From assembly GCF_902713615.1 (NCBI RefSeq), contig NC_052151.1:132355455-132419454 (forward strand): a stretch of 64,000 nt of DNA, in the 5' to 3' direction. Position 1 is the first letter of the stretch, and each line of letters starts with the position of its first letter. This document shows, in pieces, positions 51,552 to 62,709 of this stretch. Position numbers and translations under genes: made by a program. Origin of the DNA: Scyliorhinus canicula. Lineage: Eukaryota. The notes under the pieces were generated by a model. It was not told the DNA's origin. It saw only the letters and a list, made by a program, of their open reading frames with translations, and ran no database searches.

Positions 51552-52700
51552 TAGAACTAACTTCTGTGTCCCCAAGGATAACGCGGCCCATAATCGCCAT
51601 TGCACCAGAAGACAGGAGGGGGCATCACAGACATTCGGGTCTACACCCCTCTCAGAGAAGGGGGCCCTGCAACTCACGGGGGAGGCAGAGCAGAGTGCAG
51701 TGGCATGCGAAAAATAAGTGAGAACCCAATGCAATGCAGATGTCCCCATAGTAAGCGAGTCACCCCTCTCCCACAGAACAGTCCTTCCCAAGATCTCACT
51801 CCATGGGCGCGTTCTTCCCAAAAGGGAACAAAGTTCCAGAGCGAGCGCGTTTAGCCGCATGTTTCCCAGCACTCGCAGTGCCAGGAAACCACCCTGCCCA
51901 AAGGGCATGAAGCTGGAGGCCTCCAAACCCCTTGGAGACCACCATGAGTGCCATTCTGTCTGGTCTCCATTTGTGGGGACCAGTACCAAAAGGCACTTGC
52001 CTGAGGTCCCCGAGGCGTTGGGATTGAATCCCAAATCCTCAGGTACCTTGGGAATCTGCACATTTGAGTAATGCTTCCTGCCTCACTCTAATGCGCAGAT
52101 TTGCCAAAAACAGATCCTAGGCGTTGTGGGCGGGATTCCTCTTGTAATGTCTCACGCGATTGTGTTGAATCTTGCAAGGCCTTGGCGAGCTGCTTTTCCG
52201 GCGAGCTTCTTTCTGGCACAGCGTGCCGGAAGATGGTGTCCCATGTCTTTTGTCTTGCAGGATCATCCCGATCCTGAGAGGGTCACTCTGAGTCCAGGCA
52301 CTTGACATAAGGTCATAAATACTTGTACCAATTCACATGACACCTGCCTGAGAGGGCTGGAACGTTGCAGAGGGGTGAAGCATCTGTTTTCCATCCCGTT
52401 AACCACATGTAAATCCATGTAAAGTGCAGTTTTGCTTGGTGCCACAGGAGCGGGGCGTGTACCTGGCCGTTAAAGCCAGGACCAGAACATGACAACGAGT
52501 AAAGATGTCTTGCTGCATTTGTATAGAGCCTTGTTGCGTACGTACTGGCTCCCTTATCCAAGGAAGAACATATTTGTCATGGAGGGAGTGAAACAAAAGT
52601 TCACCAGACTGTTTCCTAGGATGGCAGGATTGTCGCATGAGGTGAAATTGAGGAGACTGGACGAAGTTAGAAGAATCAGAGGTGATCTCATTGATCTAGC
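49780..52700 (+). mobile_element. Degraded CR1 RT fragment interrupted by a SINE (50581-50890, minus) and a Harbinger remnant
   Basis: SQHRFMKRKSHLTNLL, SNISKFADGT, VIHFGKKN and LHLYRALLR motifs. Confidence 0.75.
50894..52272 (+). mobile_element. Harbinger transposon derivative with a Myb/SANT-like DNA-binding pseudo-ORF
   Basis: From ATG 51154: MAARRPAPRFRESAID*MLDGTEERRATLFP, then RTSTQCRKKMND, a GTGAGT donor and AHNRH...TGGG. The left end gggacaggattctcc is TIR-like. Confidence 0.65.
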
Positions 52701-53289
52701 CTCCCACCATCAAATTGATAATCTTCAATTGTGCAATAATTGCAAACAATTGCGAAGCAAGCATATATTGCACAACAAAATATATTTATACAAAGCCTGT
52801 AATGTAGTTAAACGTCCCCATCCACTTTACTGTTAAACACAATTTGACATTGGATCACATAAGGAGATATTGGAGCAAATAGCCAAAAGCTTAATCAAAG
52901 TGGTTGGTTTTAATGAGTGTCTTAAAGGAAGAAAGTGACAGGGAGGTGGACAAGTTTGAAGAGGGAATTCCAGAACTGAGGCCATGGGCAGCAGAGTTTT
53001 GAACGATTCAAGTTTATGGATGGTAGAACATGGGAGCCATCCAGGAGTGAATTGGAATAGGCAAATCCGGAGGTAGAAAAGGCGTGGGTCCCCTGGCGAT
53101 GACTGGAGAGATTCGAATGCATCCAGGGGAGGGGTGATGCAAGGGTGGGAATAGCTGTTTTCCCGTGAGCTCTGGTGCTACTCAGGTTACAATCCTTTCA
53201 TTTATCATGTTCACACAGTTGGTGTGTAACTGATCCAGGAGTGAGAATTCCATATTATGTAATATTTATGGCCAAACATTGGAGACAAA

Positions 53290-53900
53290 ATGCCTAGAAA
53301 TATTAAGAAAACCATCGGCATAGAAGCGGAGTCAGAAGTGACTGGGGTGGAGCAGACCCCTCAACATGGCAAATTAGTGAGCGAACAGCTTCTCAATCAG
53401 GCACTCTCAAAGACATTACAACCGATGGCTTCTAATACTATTAAGGTGATTGTCGAGAAACTTGGTCTGTTAGCACAAAATACCAGCGTTCATACTATAG
53501 AACTGCGAAATGATGGTAAAAGGTTTGATGAAGTGGAGGAAAGAATTAGTACTGGTGAAAGTGCAACTGCCTTGGTAGAGGCCTGCTTACAATCCTTGGA
53601 AATTCCTTGATGACCTGGAAAGCTATGGCCGGAAGATGTCTGGATTGTCAGTTTGCCAGAAGGAGTTGATGGTAAGCTCCAAGATAAATTCTTTGAGGGA
53701 TGGCTACCACATTTTCGTAATTTAGCAACTAACAGTGGGCCAATTGAATTATAAAGGGCATTTTATGTCCTGTCTCTGAGACCTAGGGACAACCAACGGC
53801 ACTGGCCCGTAATGATCTGTTTTCATAACTTCAAGGGTCGCCAACGAGTATTGGCGGCAGCTAGACGTACTGGGGCGTTGCTCTATGAGGGAAAAGATAT
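53290..53900 (+). mobile_element. Old L1 ORF1-like remnant
   Basis: Coiled-coil ORF 53290-53610, followed by degenerate IVSLPEGVDG and PVMICFHNFK motifs. Confidence 0.55.
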
Positions 53901-54109
53901 TTGATACAACCTAATGGATTGCATCCAATGGAATTTCCAACCTGTATACTCCGATCCAAATCAGATGCATTCCAAAAAGTATGGAAAAAATGCCCCTATC
54001 CAAATACTCAGGCTCCATAGCTTCTGACTTACTCCTACAAGGTTTTCCATATGTTATATAGTACTGCCTCTAATGTACTTGATGTGAGAGTGTGCACCAC
54101 TTTGCCATG

Positions 54110-55053
54110 TGTAGCCACCTAAAATGGATGCTGAGCTACAAAATTAGACCAAGCGCTAAGACTGCTGGGAAACAGACAGTTTAGCCAGAACAGCAGTCTG
54201 CAAAGAGCATTTTGCATTCTGCAGCAGCAGAAACCAGTTTGGGCTCAGGTGAGAAGACCTTAGCTAGGTGCAAATGGCAAAACGCTTTGCATGCTAATGA
54301 GGCCATCAGACTTGAACACCCACACAATAGATACATTTGGTTCTGAATGGACACATTCTAATCAAGGCCCAGACATCGAGGCACCAGAAACCTCCAAACA
54401 AAAGGGCATAAGAAACGCCCCCTCCATCACGGAGACCCCCTCGCATTGGGGAATTAATCCAGTATCGATAAGAAATTGATCCAATAGGTAGAGCCCGCCC
54501 GAGAAGAGGGAAGGACAATGGAACCCCTATAAAAGATAGGGACCTCGTGTTGTCCGGTCTGTTTTTCCGTGCTCCGGCTCTGACCACGACTTAGAAGATC
54601 TACTGACTCCAGCCGTTGAGCACCAGCCGCCGAACCGTAAGTGCCAGTACGACGCTCGCTACGCGAACTAAGCCCGCTAGAACCCCCAGTGACCAGAACG
54701 CTTGCTGAAGGTTGCAGCCCAAGACCAGGACGAAGGCCTCGCTCCCTGACCTTGCCTGTTCCTGTTAGATAAGTATTCTGATTACTTTAGTTTAGTCATA
54801 GCTTAGTCTCTTAGTGTGTGCATGAATATTTATTATTACTGTATAATAAATATTATCGTTTGGACCTTACTAATCGGTGTATCGTCTTTATTACTTTGAA
54901 CTTGACCTTGGAATACTAGTGACGTTGTCTATACGGCAACTGGCGACTCCTAAAGCTGAACAAATACATAAGACAGAGCCTAGTGGTGTTAAGCACTTGG
55001 AAGTTAATACACCCCAATAAACGCGTTTTACGCCCATAGTAAAACGTGCAACA
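54110..55053 (+). mobile_element. Solo LTR (944 bp)
   Basis: TGTAGC...GCAACA termini, 4-bp TSD CATG (54106-54109, 55054-55057), CCAAT 54481, TATAAAA ~54528, AATAAA ~54845. Confidence 0.88.
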
Positions 55054-55349
55054 CATGTTTCATGGCTTTATCCTTCCCCCCACTCTCCTCCGCCACCCTA
55101 TTACTTGTCCTCTCTGTTTTTTGTATATGTGCAAGTGCTGGGTTCGCTGTGTTGTTTTCTTCCTGACATTGATCACACAGCAAAAAGGAATGTCCTGACA
55201 ATAGTTTGAGCCCTGAGAAGTGGTATGCACAGCATGCTTGAAAGGAACAGGTGATATTGAATCTATGGTGCTCAAAGCTTTCTGATGATGGGGTTTTCTC
55301 ATATCCTTTCTGTGTCTGTTGCACACTAATTGATGAAGGTTGATCGTTT

Positions 55350-56700
55350 TGATTAGCCAGCAACTCCATTATCATTGCATCATGTGACTATCAGGATGGT
55401 AGGAAGTGAACTAGTTGAACCTTGGAATGCTGTGATGGCCTTAAAGAGATATGGTTGCATGGTGACCAAGGCTGGGAACTGAATAGTCAAAGGTATCTGA
55501 CATTTCAGAAGGATAGGAAGAAAGGAAAAGGAGGTGTGTGTGGGGGGGAAGGGGGGGGGTTCCATCAAGGATGATATTATATAGCAGTGAGAAATGATCT
55601 TGACTCAGCAGACCAAGATGTATAATCAATTTGAGTGGAGTTAAGAAATAGTAAAGGAAAGAAGTCAAAAGTGGGAGTAGGTTATCGAACCCCTAACAGT
55701 AGCTATACTTTAGGGCAGAATATAAATCAAGATTTAATGGAGTCTTGTAAGAAAGTACCAGTAATAATGTGAACTACTGTAATTTTCATATAGATTTGAC
55801 AGATTAAACCGACAAAGGCAGCCTTGAGGATGAGTTCGTAGAGCGTATCATACATTGTGGAACCAAACAAGCAAAAGGTCATTTTAAACCCGATAATATA
55901 TAATGAGACAGGATTAATTAATCATCTCATAGTAAAATATCCTCAAAGAAAAAGTAATCATAACATAAGGGTCTGAAACTAATGTTTTACACTTAAATAA
56001 AGACAATTACAAAGGATGAGACTGGGGAATTAATAATGGGAAGCAAAAAAAAGGCAGACCCTTTGAACAAATATTTTGTATCTGTCTACACTGTAGAGGA
56101 TACTGAAAGCATCTCACTAATAGTAGAAAATAAAGGAGCAAAAGGGAGGGGGGGGGGGGAGAAACTTAAAACAATTATCAATACAGAAAAAGTATTAGAA
56201 AAACTATTGGGACTAAAGTTCTCTGGACCTGATGGCCTGCATCCTAGGGTCTCAGAAGTGGCTGCATTGACTGCAATCTTCCAAAGGCACCAGCGAATTG
56301 GAAAGCCACAAATATTACACCTCTATTCAAGAAAGAAAGGAGACAGATAGAAAGAAACTATCGGCCAGTTAGCCCAACACCTGTCACTGGAAACATGCTG
56401 GAATCCATTAAGGAAGTAATAGCAGGAAAACGGGGCAGGATTTTCCAGCCCCCGCCACCGGCAGGATCTTCTGGTCCTGCCGAACTCGGCCCCTGGCGGC
56501 AGTTTCCCTGGCGGCGTGGTGGCAAGACACTCAAAAGTCGGTAGACTTTGGTGAGACAGGAAGAACCTGCCGATGACCAATGGCCAGCTGCATCTGGCGA
56601 GGGAAAACCCAGCCTTAGAAAATCATAATACGATCAAGCAGTCACCAGGATTTATGAAAGGGAAATTTATTAGAGTTCTTTGAGTTCTGAGGGATAGGTG
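55350..56700 (+). mobile_element. Degraded CR1 ORF2 fragment with a small GC-rich MITE (56433-56614)
   Basis: Endonuclease and RT remnants (LNKYFVSVYTVED, GPDGLHPRV). Confidence 0.65.
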
Positions 56701-56837
56701 GGAGCTCAGGAGAGATTTGACAAGATGTTATGGAACACAAGACAAAGGGCCGTTAAATGGTAGTGTCAGAAACTAAAGAAGGTGGTGATAGCAGCATAAA
56801 ATTAAATAGCTGAATGTATTTTTAAAAAAAATAATAT

Positions 56838-57050
56838 TCTTTATTATTGTCACAAGTAGGCTTACATTAATACTGCAATGAAGTTACAGTGAAAATCCCC
56901 TAGTTGTCACACTGCGGCGCCTGTTCGCGTACACCGAGGAAGAATTCAGAATATCCAAATCACCTAACAGCACGTCTTTTGTGACTTGTGGGAGGAAACG
57001 GGTGCACCCAGAGGAAACCCACGCAGACACGGGGAGAACGTGCAGACTAT
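56838..57050 (-). mobile_element. Truncated HE1-core SINE with alternative tail
   Basis: Reverse complement of the 39735-type element. Confidence 0.75.
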
Positions 57051-57357
57051 TAATAGCAGAACAAGGGTCAGCGTTCTGTGAAAGCAAAACCTATTCCTGT
57101 CTTAAGTTTTGTTTTCACAGAGCAATGACCTTTGTTCTGCTATTAACATATCTGCTATCTTACCTTGAGGCCAAATAATAAAAGCTCATATTCTACAAAG
57201 CAATAAAATTCAAATGAGATGAAAGGATGTTAAATATATTTATAAAAATAGTTTAATTCACATCCTGTGGGTATTTATACGTTTTATTGTTTACTTTTTT
57301 AAAATGAAAAACTGGAAAAGAAAGGTATTTAGTTCTACAAGAGAATGTAAGAAATAA

Positions 57358-57535
57358 AAATGAAATGAAATGAAAACCGCTTATTGTCACGAGTAGGCTT
57401 CAATGAAGTTACTGTGAAAAGCCCCTAGTCGCCACATTCCGTCGCCTGTCCGGGGAGGCTGGTACGGGAATCGAACCGTGCTGCTGGCCTGCTTGGTCTG
57501 CTTTAAAAGCCAGCAATTTAGCTCAGTGAGCTAAA
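57358..57535 (-). mobile_element. tRNA-derived SINE with (CATTT)n tail
   Basis: Near-identical to 26682-26870. Confidence 0.85.
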
Positions 57536-57763
57536 TCAGAACATACAGCACCTACAGCCTGCTCCGCCATTCAATACGATGAAGGCTGATCTTGGGCTTC
57601 AACTCAATTTTGTTGCCACTCCCCATATCCCCCGACTTTCCATGCGACCAAAGATCTGTCTATCCCAGCTCTAAATATAGTCAACAATGGAGCATCCACA
57701 GCCTTCTGGAGCAGACAATTCCAAAGATTCACTGCCCTCTAAAGTGAAGAAATTTGTTCTCCT

Positions 57764-59847
57764 AGCTACTAATGGAAGGAGGTCAGAGTACTTCAGGCTC
57801 TACCGTGGGACCAGGCAGGGGTGCCCCCTGCCCCCCTTGCTTTTTGCACTGGCAATTGAACCTCTGGCTATGGCGTTGAGGGAGTCGGGGAGGTGGAGGG
57901 GTCTGGTGCGGGGTGGGGAGGAACATCGGGTATCGCTGTATGCGGACGACCTGCTGTTATATGTGGCGGACCCATAGGGGGGAATGCCGGGTGTGATGGA
58001 GCTGTTGGCTGAGTTTGGGGGCTTCTCGGGCTATAAGCTGAATCTGGGTAAGAGCGAGCTATTTGTAGTGCACCCGGGTGATCAGGAGAAGGGAATTGGT
58101 AGGCTCCCATTTAAGAGGGCAGTGAAGAGTTTTAGGTACCTGGCGGTGCAGGTGGCCAGGAGTTGGGGGACTCTCCACAAGCTTAATTTTGCCAGGCTTG
58201 TGGAGCAGATGGAGGAGGAATTTAAAAGGTGGGACATGGTGCCGCTATCGCTGGCAGGTAGAGTGCAGTCCGTCAAATTGACGGTGCTCCCGAGGTTCTT
58301 GTTCCTTTTTCAGTGCCTGCCCATCTTTGTCCCTAGGGCCTTTTTTAGCTGGATGACTAGCAGCATCATGAGCTTTGTTTGGGCGCATGGGACCCCGAGG
58401 GTGAAGAGGGTCTTCTTGGAGCGGGGCAGAGATGGTGGGGGGCTGGCGTTACCCAACCTCTCGGGGTATTATTGGGCGGCCAATGTGTCAATGGTGCGCA
58501 AGTGGGTGATGGAGGGGGAGGGGGCAGCATGGAAAAGGTTCGAGATGGCGTCCTGTGGAGGCACAAGCCTTGGAGCCCTGGTAACGGTGCCGTTGCCGCT
58601 CCCTCCTACGAGGTATACCACAAGTCCGGTGGTGGCGGCTACCCTCAAGATCTGGGGGCAGTGGAGGCGACATAGAGGGGAATTGGGGGGCTCGATGGAA
58701 GCCCCGCTAAGGGGGAACCATCGGTTCGTCCCGGGGGACATTGATGGGGGGTTCCAGGGTTGGCACAGAGCGGGCATCAGAAAGTTGAGGAACCTGTTCA
58801 TTGATGGGAGGTTTGCGAGCCTGGGAGAGTTGGAGGAGAAATTTGAGCTCCCCTCGGGGAACATGTTCAGGTACCTGCAGGTAAAGGCGTTTGCTAGGCT
58901 GCAGGTGGAGGGATTCCCTTTGCTGCCCGTGAGGGGGGTGAGGGATAGGGTGCTTTCGGGTGTCTGGGTCGGGGATGGGAAGGTATCTGATATCTACAAG
59001 GTAATGCAGGAGGTGGAGGAGGCGTCAGTAGAGGAACTAAAGGCTAGGTGGGAGGGGGAGCTGGGGGAGCAGATCGAGGATGGGACATGGGCGGATGCCC
59101 TGGAGAGGGTTAACTCTTCCTCCTCATGTGTGCGGCTTAGCCTCATCCAATTCAAGGTGCTGCACCGGGCCCATATGTCCGGGATTAGGATGAGTAGGTT
59201 CTTTGGGGGCGAAGACAGGTGTGTCAGGTGTTCGGGGAGTCCAGCGAACCATGCCCATATGTTCTGGGCATGTCCGGCACTGGAAGAGTTCTGGAAGGGG
59301 GTGGCGAGGACGGTGTCGAGGGTGGTAGGATCCAGGGTCAAGGCAGGCTGGGGACTCGTGATTTTTGGGGTTGCGGTGGAGCTGGGAGTGCAGGAGGCGA
59401 GAGAGGCCGGTGTTTTGGCCTTTGCGTCCCTAGTAGCCCGGCGGAGGATCTTGCTACAGTGGAAGGATGCGAGACCCCCAAGCGTGGAGACCTGGATCAA
59501 TGACATGGCGGGTTTTATCAAGCTGGAGAAGGTCAAATTCGCCCTGAGAGGATCGGTACAAGGGTTCTTTAGGCGGTGGAAGCCTTTCCTTGACCTTCTG
59601 GCTCAGCGATAGGGAACTAGGTCAGCAGCAGCAGCAACCCGGGGGGAGGTTGACTATGTTTATTTAATTTAAATTTATTTTCAAGTTCTCTTGTTGTTTA
59701 CCGGGTTTGGGGGGGTGGGGGTTTTCGATATATGCGTTGCTACGGTCTTGGGGGTGTTATGCTTATTATGTTGTTTTATTGTTGCTTGTGACCGTTTGTT
59801 GTTATATATTTTGTAAAAAATTTTCAATAAAAATTATTTAAAAAAAA
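57764..59847 (+). mobile_element. Young 5'-truncated L1/Tx1 LINE inserted in a minus-strand CR1 fragment
   Basis: RGTRQGCPLPP and LYADD motifs, 542-aa ORF 57984-59612, one in-frame TAG at 57975-57977, AATAAA plus polyA, 17-bp TSD AAGAAATTTGTTCTCCT (57747-57763, 59848-59864). Confidence 0.95.
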
Positions 59848-60038
59848 AAGAAATTTGTTCTCCTCTCATTCCCAAATGATTGGCCCCTTGTTACGAGATT
59901 GCACCCTGGTGTTCTAGATTCCTCAGTGAGGGGGGACAATCTCTTAGTGTCTACCATGTCATGCCCCTTCAGAATATTGCACGTTTCTCTGAGATCCCAG
60001 AAGAAAGTTTGTTCCTACTTTAAAATCACATAACTTAC

Positions 60039-60183
60039 TTTTACTGGATGATGTGCTGGCCTCTGTATTCCATGGTTCAGTAAAAGCAATCTCTGTCAAA
60101 CACGGTTCCACCCCTGGTCTTTCCAACAGCTTCCCTTTTGGATCCTCACCCATCTTAACTTTCTTTTGAGAATCATCTCTGAG
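60039..60183 (-). CDS. Penultimate exon of the MTDH-like gene: LRDDSQKKVKMGEDPKGKLLERPGVEPCLTEIAFTEPWNTEASTSSSK(N)
   Basis: Pyrimidine tract plus AG acceptor, AAAA|gtaagt donor, 145 nt, phase 0-1. Joins the 46849 exon in frame. Confidence 0.65.
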
Positions 60184-60454
60184 CTTCCATGTAAAAAAGA
60201 AAACAGTGTGATACATTGTAAAATAACAACTTGCATAATAAGAGGTGCAAGACACTTCACAGTATTATTATCCAGCAAAGCTTGACACCAAGGCATACAT
60301 TGAGGCTGGTTGCCAAAATCTTGCTTTAACGAATGTCTTCAAGGTGAGAGATCATATTATAATTTATCTTGAAGTAAATATGGACCAGAACTCCTCAGAT
60401 TGCATTGACAGTTTCCGTGAAAGTAGTAGGCACCCATTTCACTATGGTTTTTAA

Positions 60455-60760
60455 AAAATCTTTATTGGTGTCACAAGTAGGCTTACATTAACACTGCAAT
60501 AAAGTGACTGTGAAAATTCACTCGTCACCACATTCCGGCGCCTGTTCGGGTACAGAGAGGGCGAATTCAGAATGTCTAATTCACCTAACAGCATGTCTTT
60601 TGAGATTTGTGGGAGGAACCAGAGCACCAGGAGGAAACCCACGCAGACACGGGGAGAACGTGCAGACTCCGTACACACAGTGGCCCAAGCTGGAAATCAA
60701 ACCTGGGACTCTGGCGCTGTAAAGCAACAGTGCTATCCACTGAGCTACCATGCCGCCCGT
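60455..60760 (-). mobile_element. HE1-head SINE with alternative tail
   Basis: Full head, core and aagcctacttgtgac tail on the minus strand. Confidence 0.8.
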
Positions 60761-61792
60761 GCTACCTTTGATACCTGTGCTCCACCAAAGGGAGTAAAAA
60801 ATATATTTCTGACACCATTTAGGAGTGCCCATTCCCGGATTTTGATTTGAAAATTAAGACTTTACTTACACTTAGTGACTCGTAGCATGAGAATGCTATT
60901 TACCTGCCTTCCGACATCATGGACCATGTTTGAGGGACATTCAGGTGCTACCCCAAGGTAGCACTGACGGAAACTTGGTGCCTAGGGTTTGTCATATCCA
61001 GGATTTACCTTCCGCCTTTTGCCATCTCAGCTAACTTATACCAAGGGTCTCGCTGACTCCATTTTTTATGTTTTGGCCCCATTTGAATGTGATTGGTGAA
61101 ATAGAGCAGCTCCTCCATGAAGCAGAGTGAAGGAAATCCCAGCGGGAATGCACAGAGGGCCGGCAGCAAGCTAAAATGTATTTGGGAGCCAGGAGAGCAG
61201 GAAGAAATTTCTCCCCAATGGATCAACATTTCTTTCAGTGTGAGCAGAGAACTAGCCAGGTGAAAATTACTCCAAAGGTTTCTATCTTGGCGATGAAGGA
61301 AGAGATGAGGTCCTCGCACTTGTTACTAGAGATGAGGGTTGAATGCGCGGGGAGTGGAATTAAAGCAGTCGCTTGTTAGGAAATATTAATAGGTTTCCGG
61401 GTTGGGATTTCTCTCCCGGACGATCCCAAAGTCATGAGCAGCTTCAGCAGTGGAAAGTAAGGCTCAGTAGAGCTGGGTATAGAGATAACAGAATGGAGCT
61501 CTAGAATGGAGCTAATGCCAGTTACTGGCTAAAGTGCCTTTATGTCTGCAAGGGTAAATTTAGTACCCAGGATTATTACTAAGGAAATTTTAAGTAGATA
61601 CTGTCACTGAGTCTATAGTATCCATCCTCCTTACATCCAGTGCTACACAAAACTAATTTGAGTAACCACTTCTCCCCTGTCCAGCAAAATAAATCGTTTT
61701 GAAGTTGTGTCCTAATCCCAGGAGATTTTGAAACCAAAAGTTTCAACATTATATTGCTTCCTATTAACAGGGCAGAAAACTAAAATAATTAC

Positions 61793-62511
61793 TGGCCGCT
61801 ATATACCGGCCGCGCCGTGCCCAACTCGGGACACGACAAAGCCTCTTGGGAGATTTATCGGTCTCATCTGGATCCCGCTCACAATGGGTGGGGCCTAAAT
61901 TTGCATATTCAAGTGTGCAATCACTCAAGTTTACCCAAGGCGTGGGTTCTAACTGCCACGCGCTGGAGACCCCAAGCGGGCGCTCTTTAGTACTGGTACA
62001 GCCGCTTGTGGGGGGGGGGGGGTTGTCTCCCCGGCGATTGGGGACGCCTGGTAGTTGGGCTCTTGGCAGGGTGGTGCTCTGGCATCCCGATGCCACTGGG
62101 CACTGCCAGTCTAGCACCCTGACAGTGTCACCTGGGAACCCTGAGAGTGCCAGGCTGGCAGTGCCAAGGTGATATTTTGCCCATGCCAGGAATTGTGCCC
62201 TGCCCTTATGAGAAGGGGTGCAAGGGGTTGAATGACCCCATTATAGGGGTGCTGGGTTGGTCCCGAGGCCACGGTGGGCAGGCTAGAGATCAGGGTGTCA
62301 TTCCGATCTCCTCGTGCAGTGGTGCGTGGAGCTTGTTAGTGCAGGAAATAGGACTAACTATGACTTCGGCTGAGTGTTCCTCGGCGATGCCCCAAACTAA
62401 AGCAGAGCCCTGTTCAATAGTGGGGTCGCTCTCGGCACTGCAAGCGCCGGGAAACACCCGGCTAAACGCGCTCGACACGGGACTTTGTCTCATTTCCGTT
62501 AAATCACGCCC
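61793..62511. mobile_element. Degenerate GC-rich Harbinger-type MITE
   Basis: GC-rich block ending ...aaatcacgccc that shares motifs with 51800-52100. Confidence 0.5.
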
Positions 62512-62595
62512 ACTGTCACTGCAAAGACAATAAAAAGTACCGCACTTCCTCGGCCAACATGTGAGAAATCCCCAGACATAAACATTATATCATAC

Positions 62596-62709
62596 CTTAT
62601 TTAGTGCTGGACCCATTAAAATGAAATGGACCTCCGAAGAACTGGTTATAACCGAATGTGTTTTTCCAAGTTCTGTTTGTGATTTCGAACTGTGTTTTTC
62701 CAGTGTTAC
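62596..62709 (-). CDS. Candidate internal exon of the MTDH-like gene: VTLEKHSSKSQTELGKTHSVITSSSEVHFILMGPALNK
   Basis: ccttttaattccag acceptor, AAG|gtatga donor, 114 nt open, phase 0-0, Ser/Thr/Lys-rich. Confidence 0.55.

Noticed and set aside
57984-59612. 542-aa host gene
   Set aside because: It is the ORF2 C-terminus of a 5'-truncated LINE with polyA tail and TSD.
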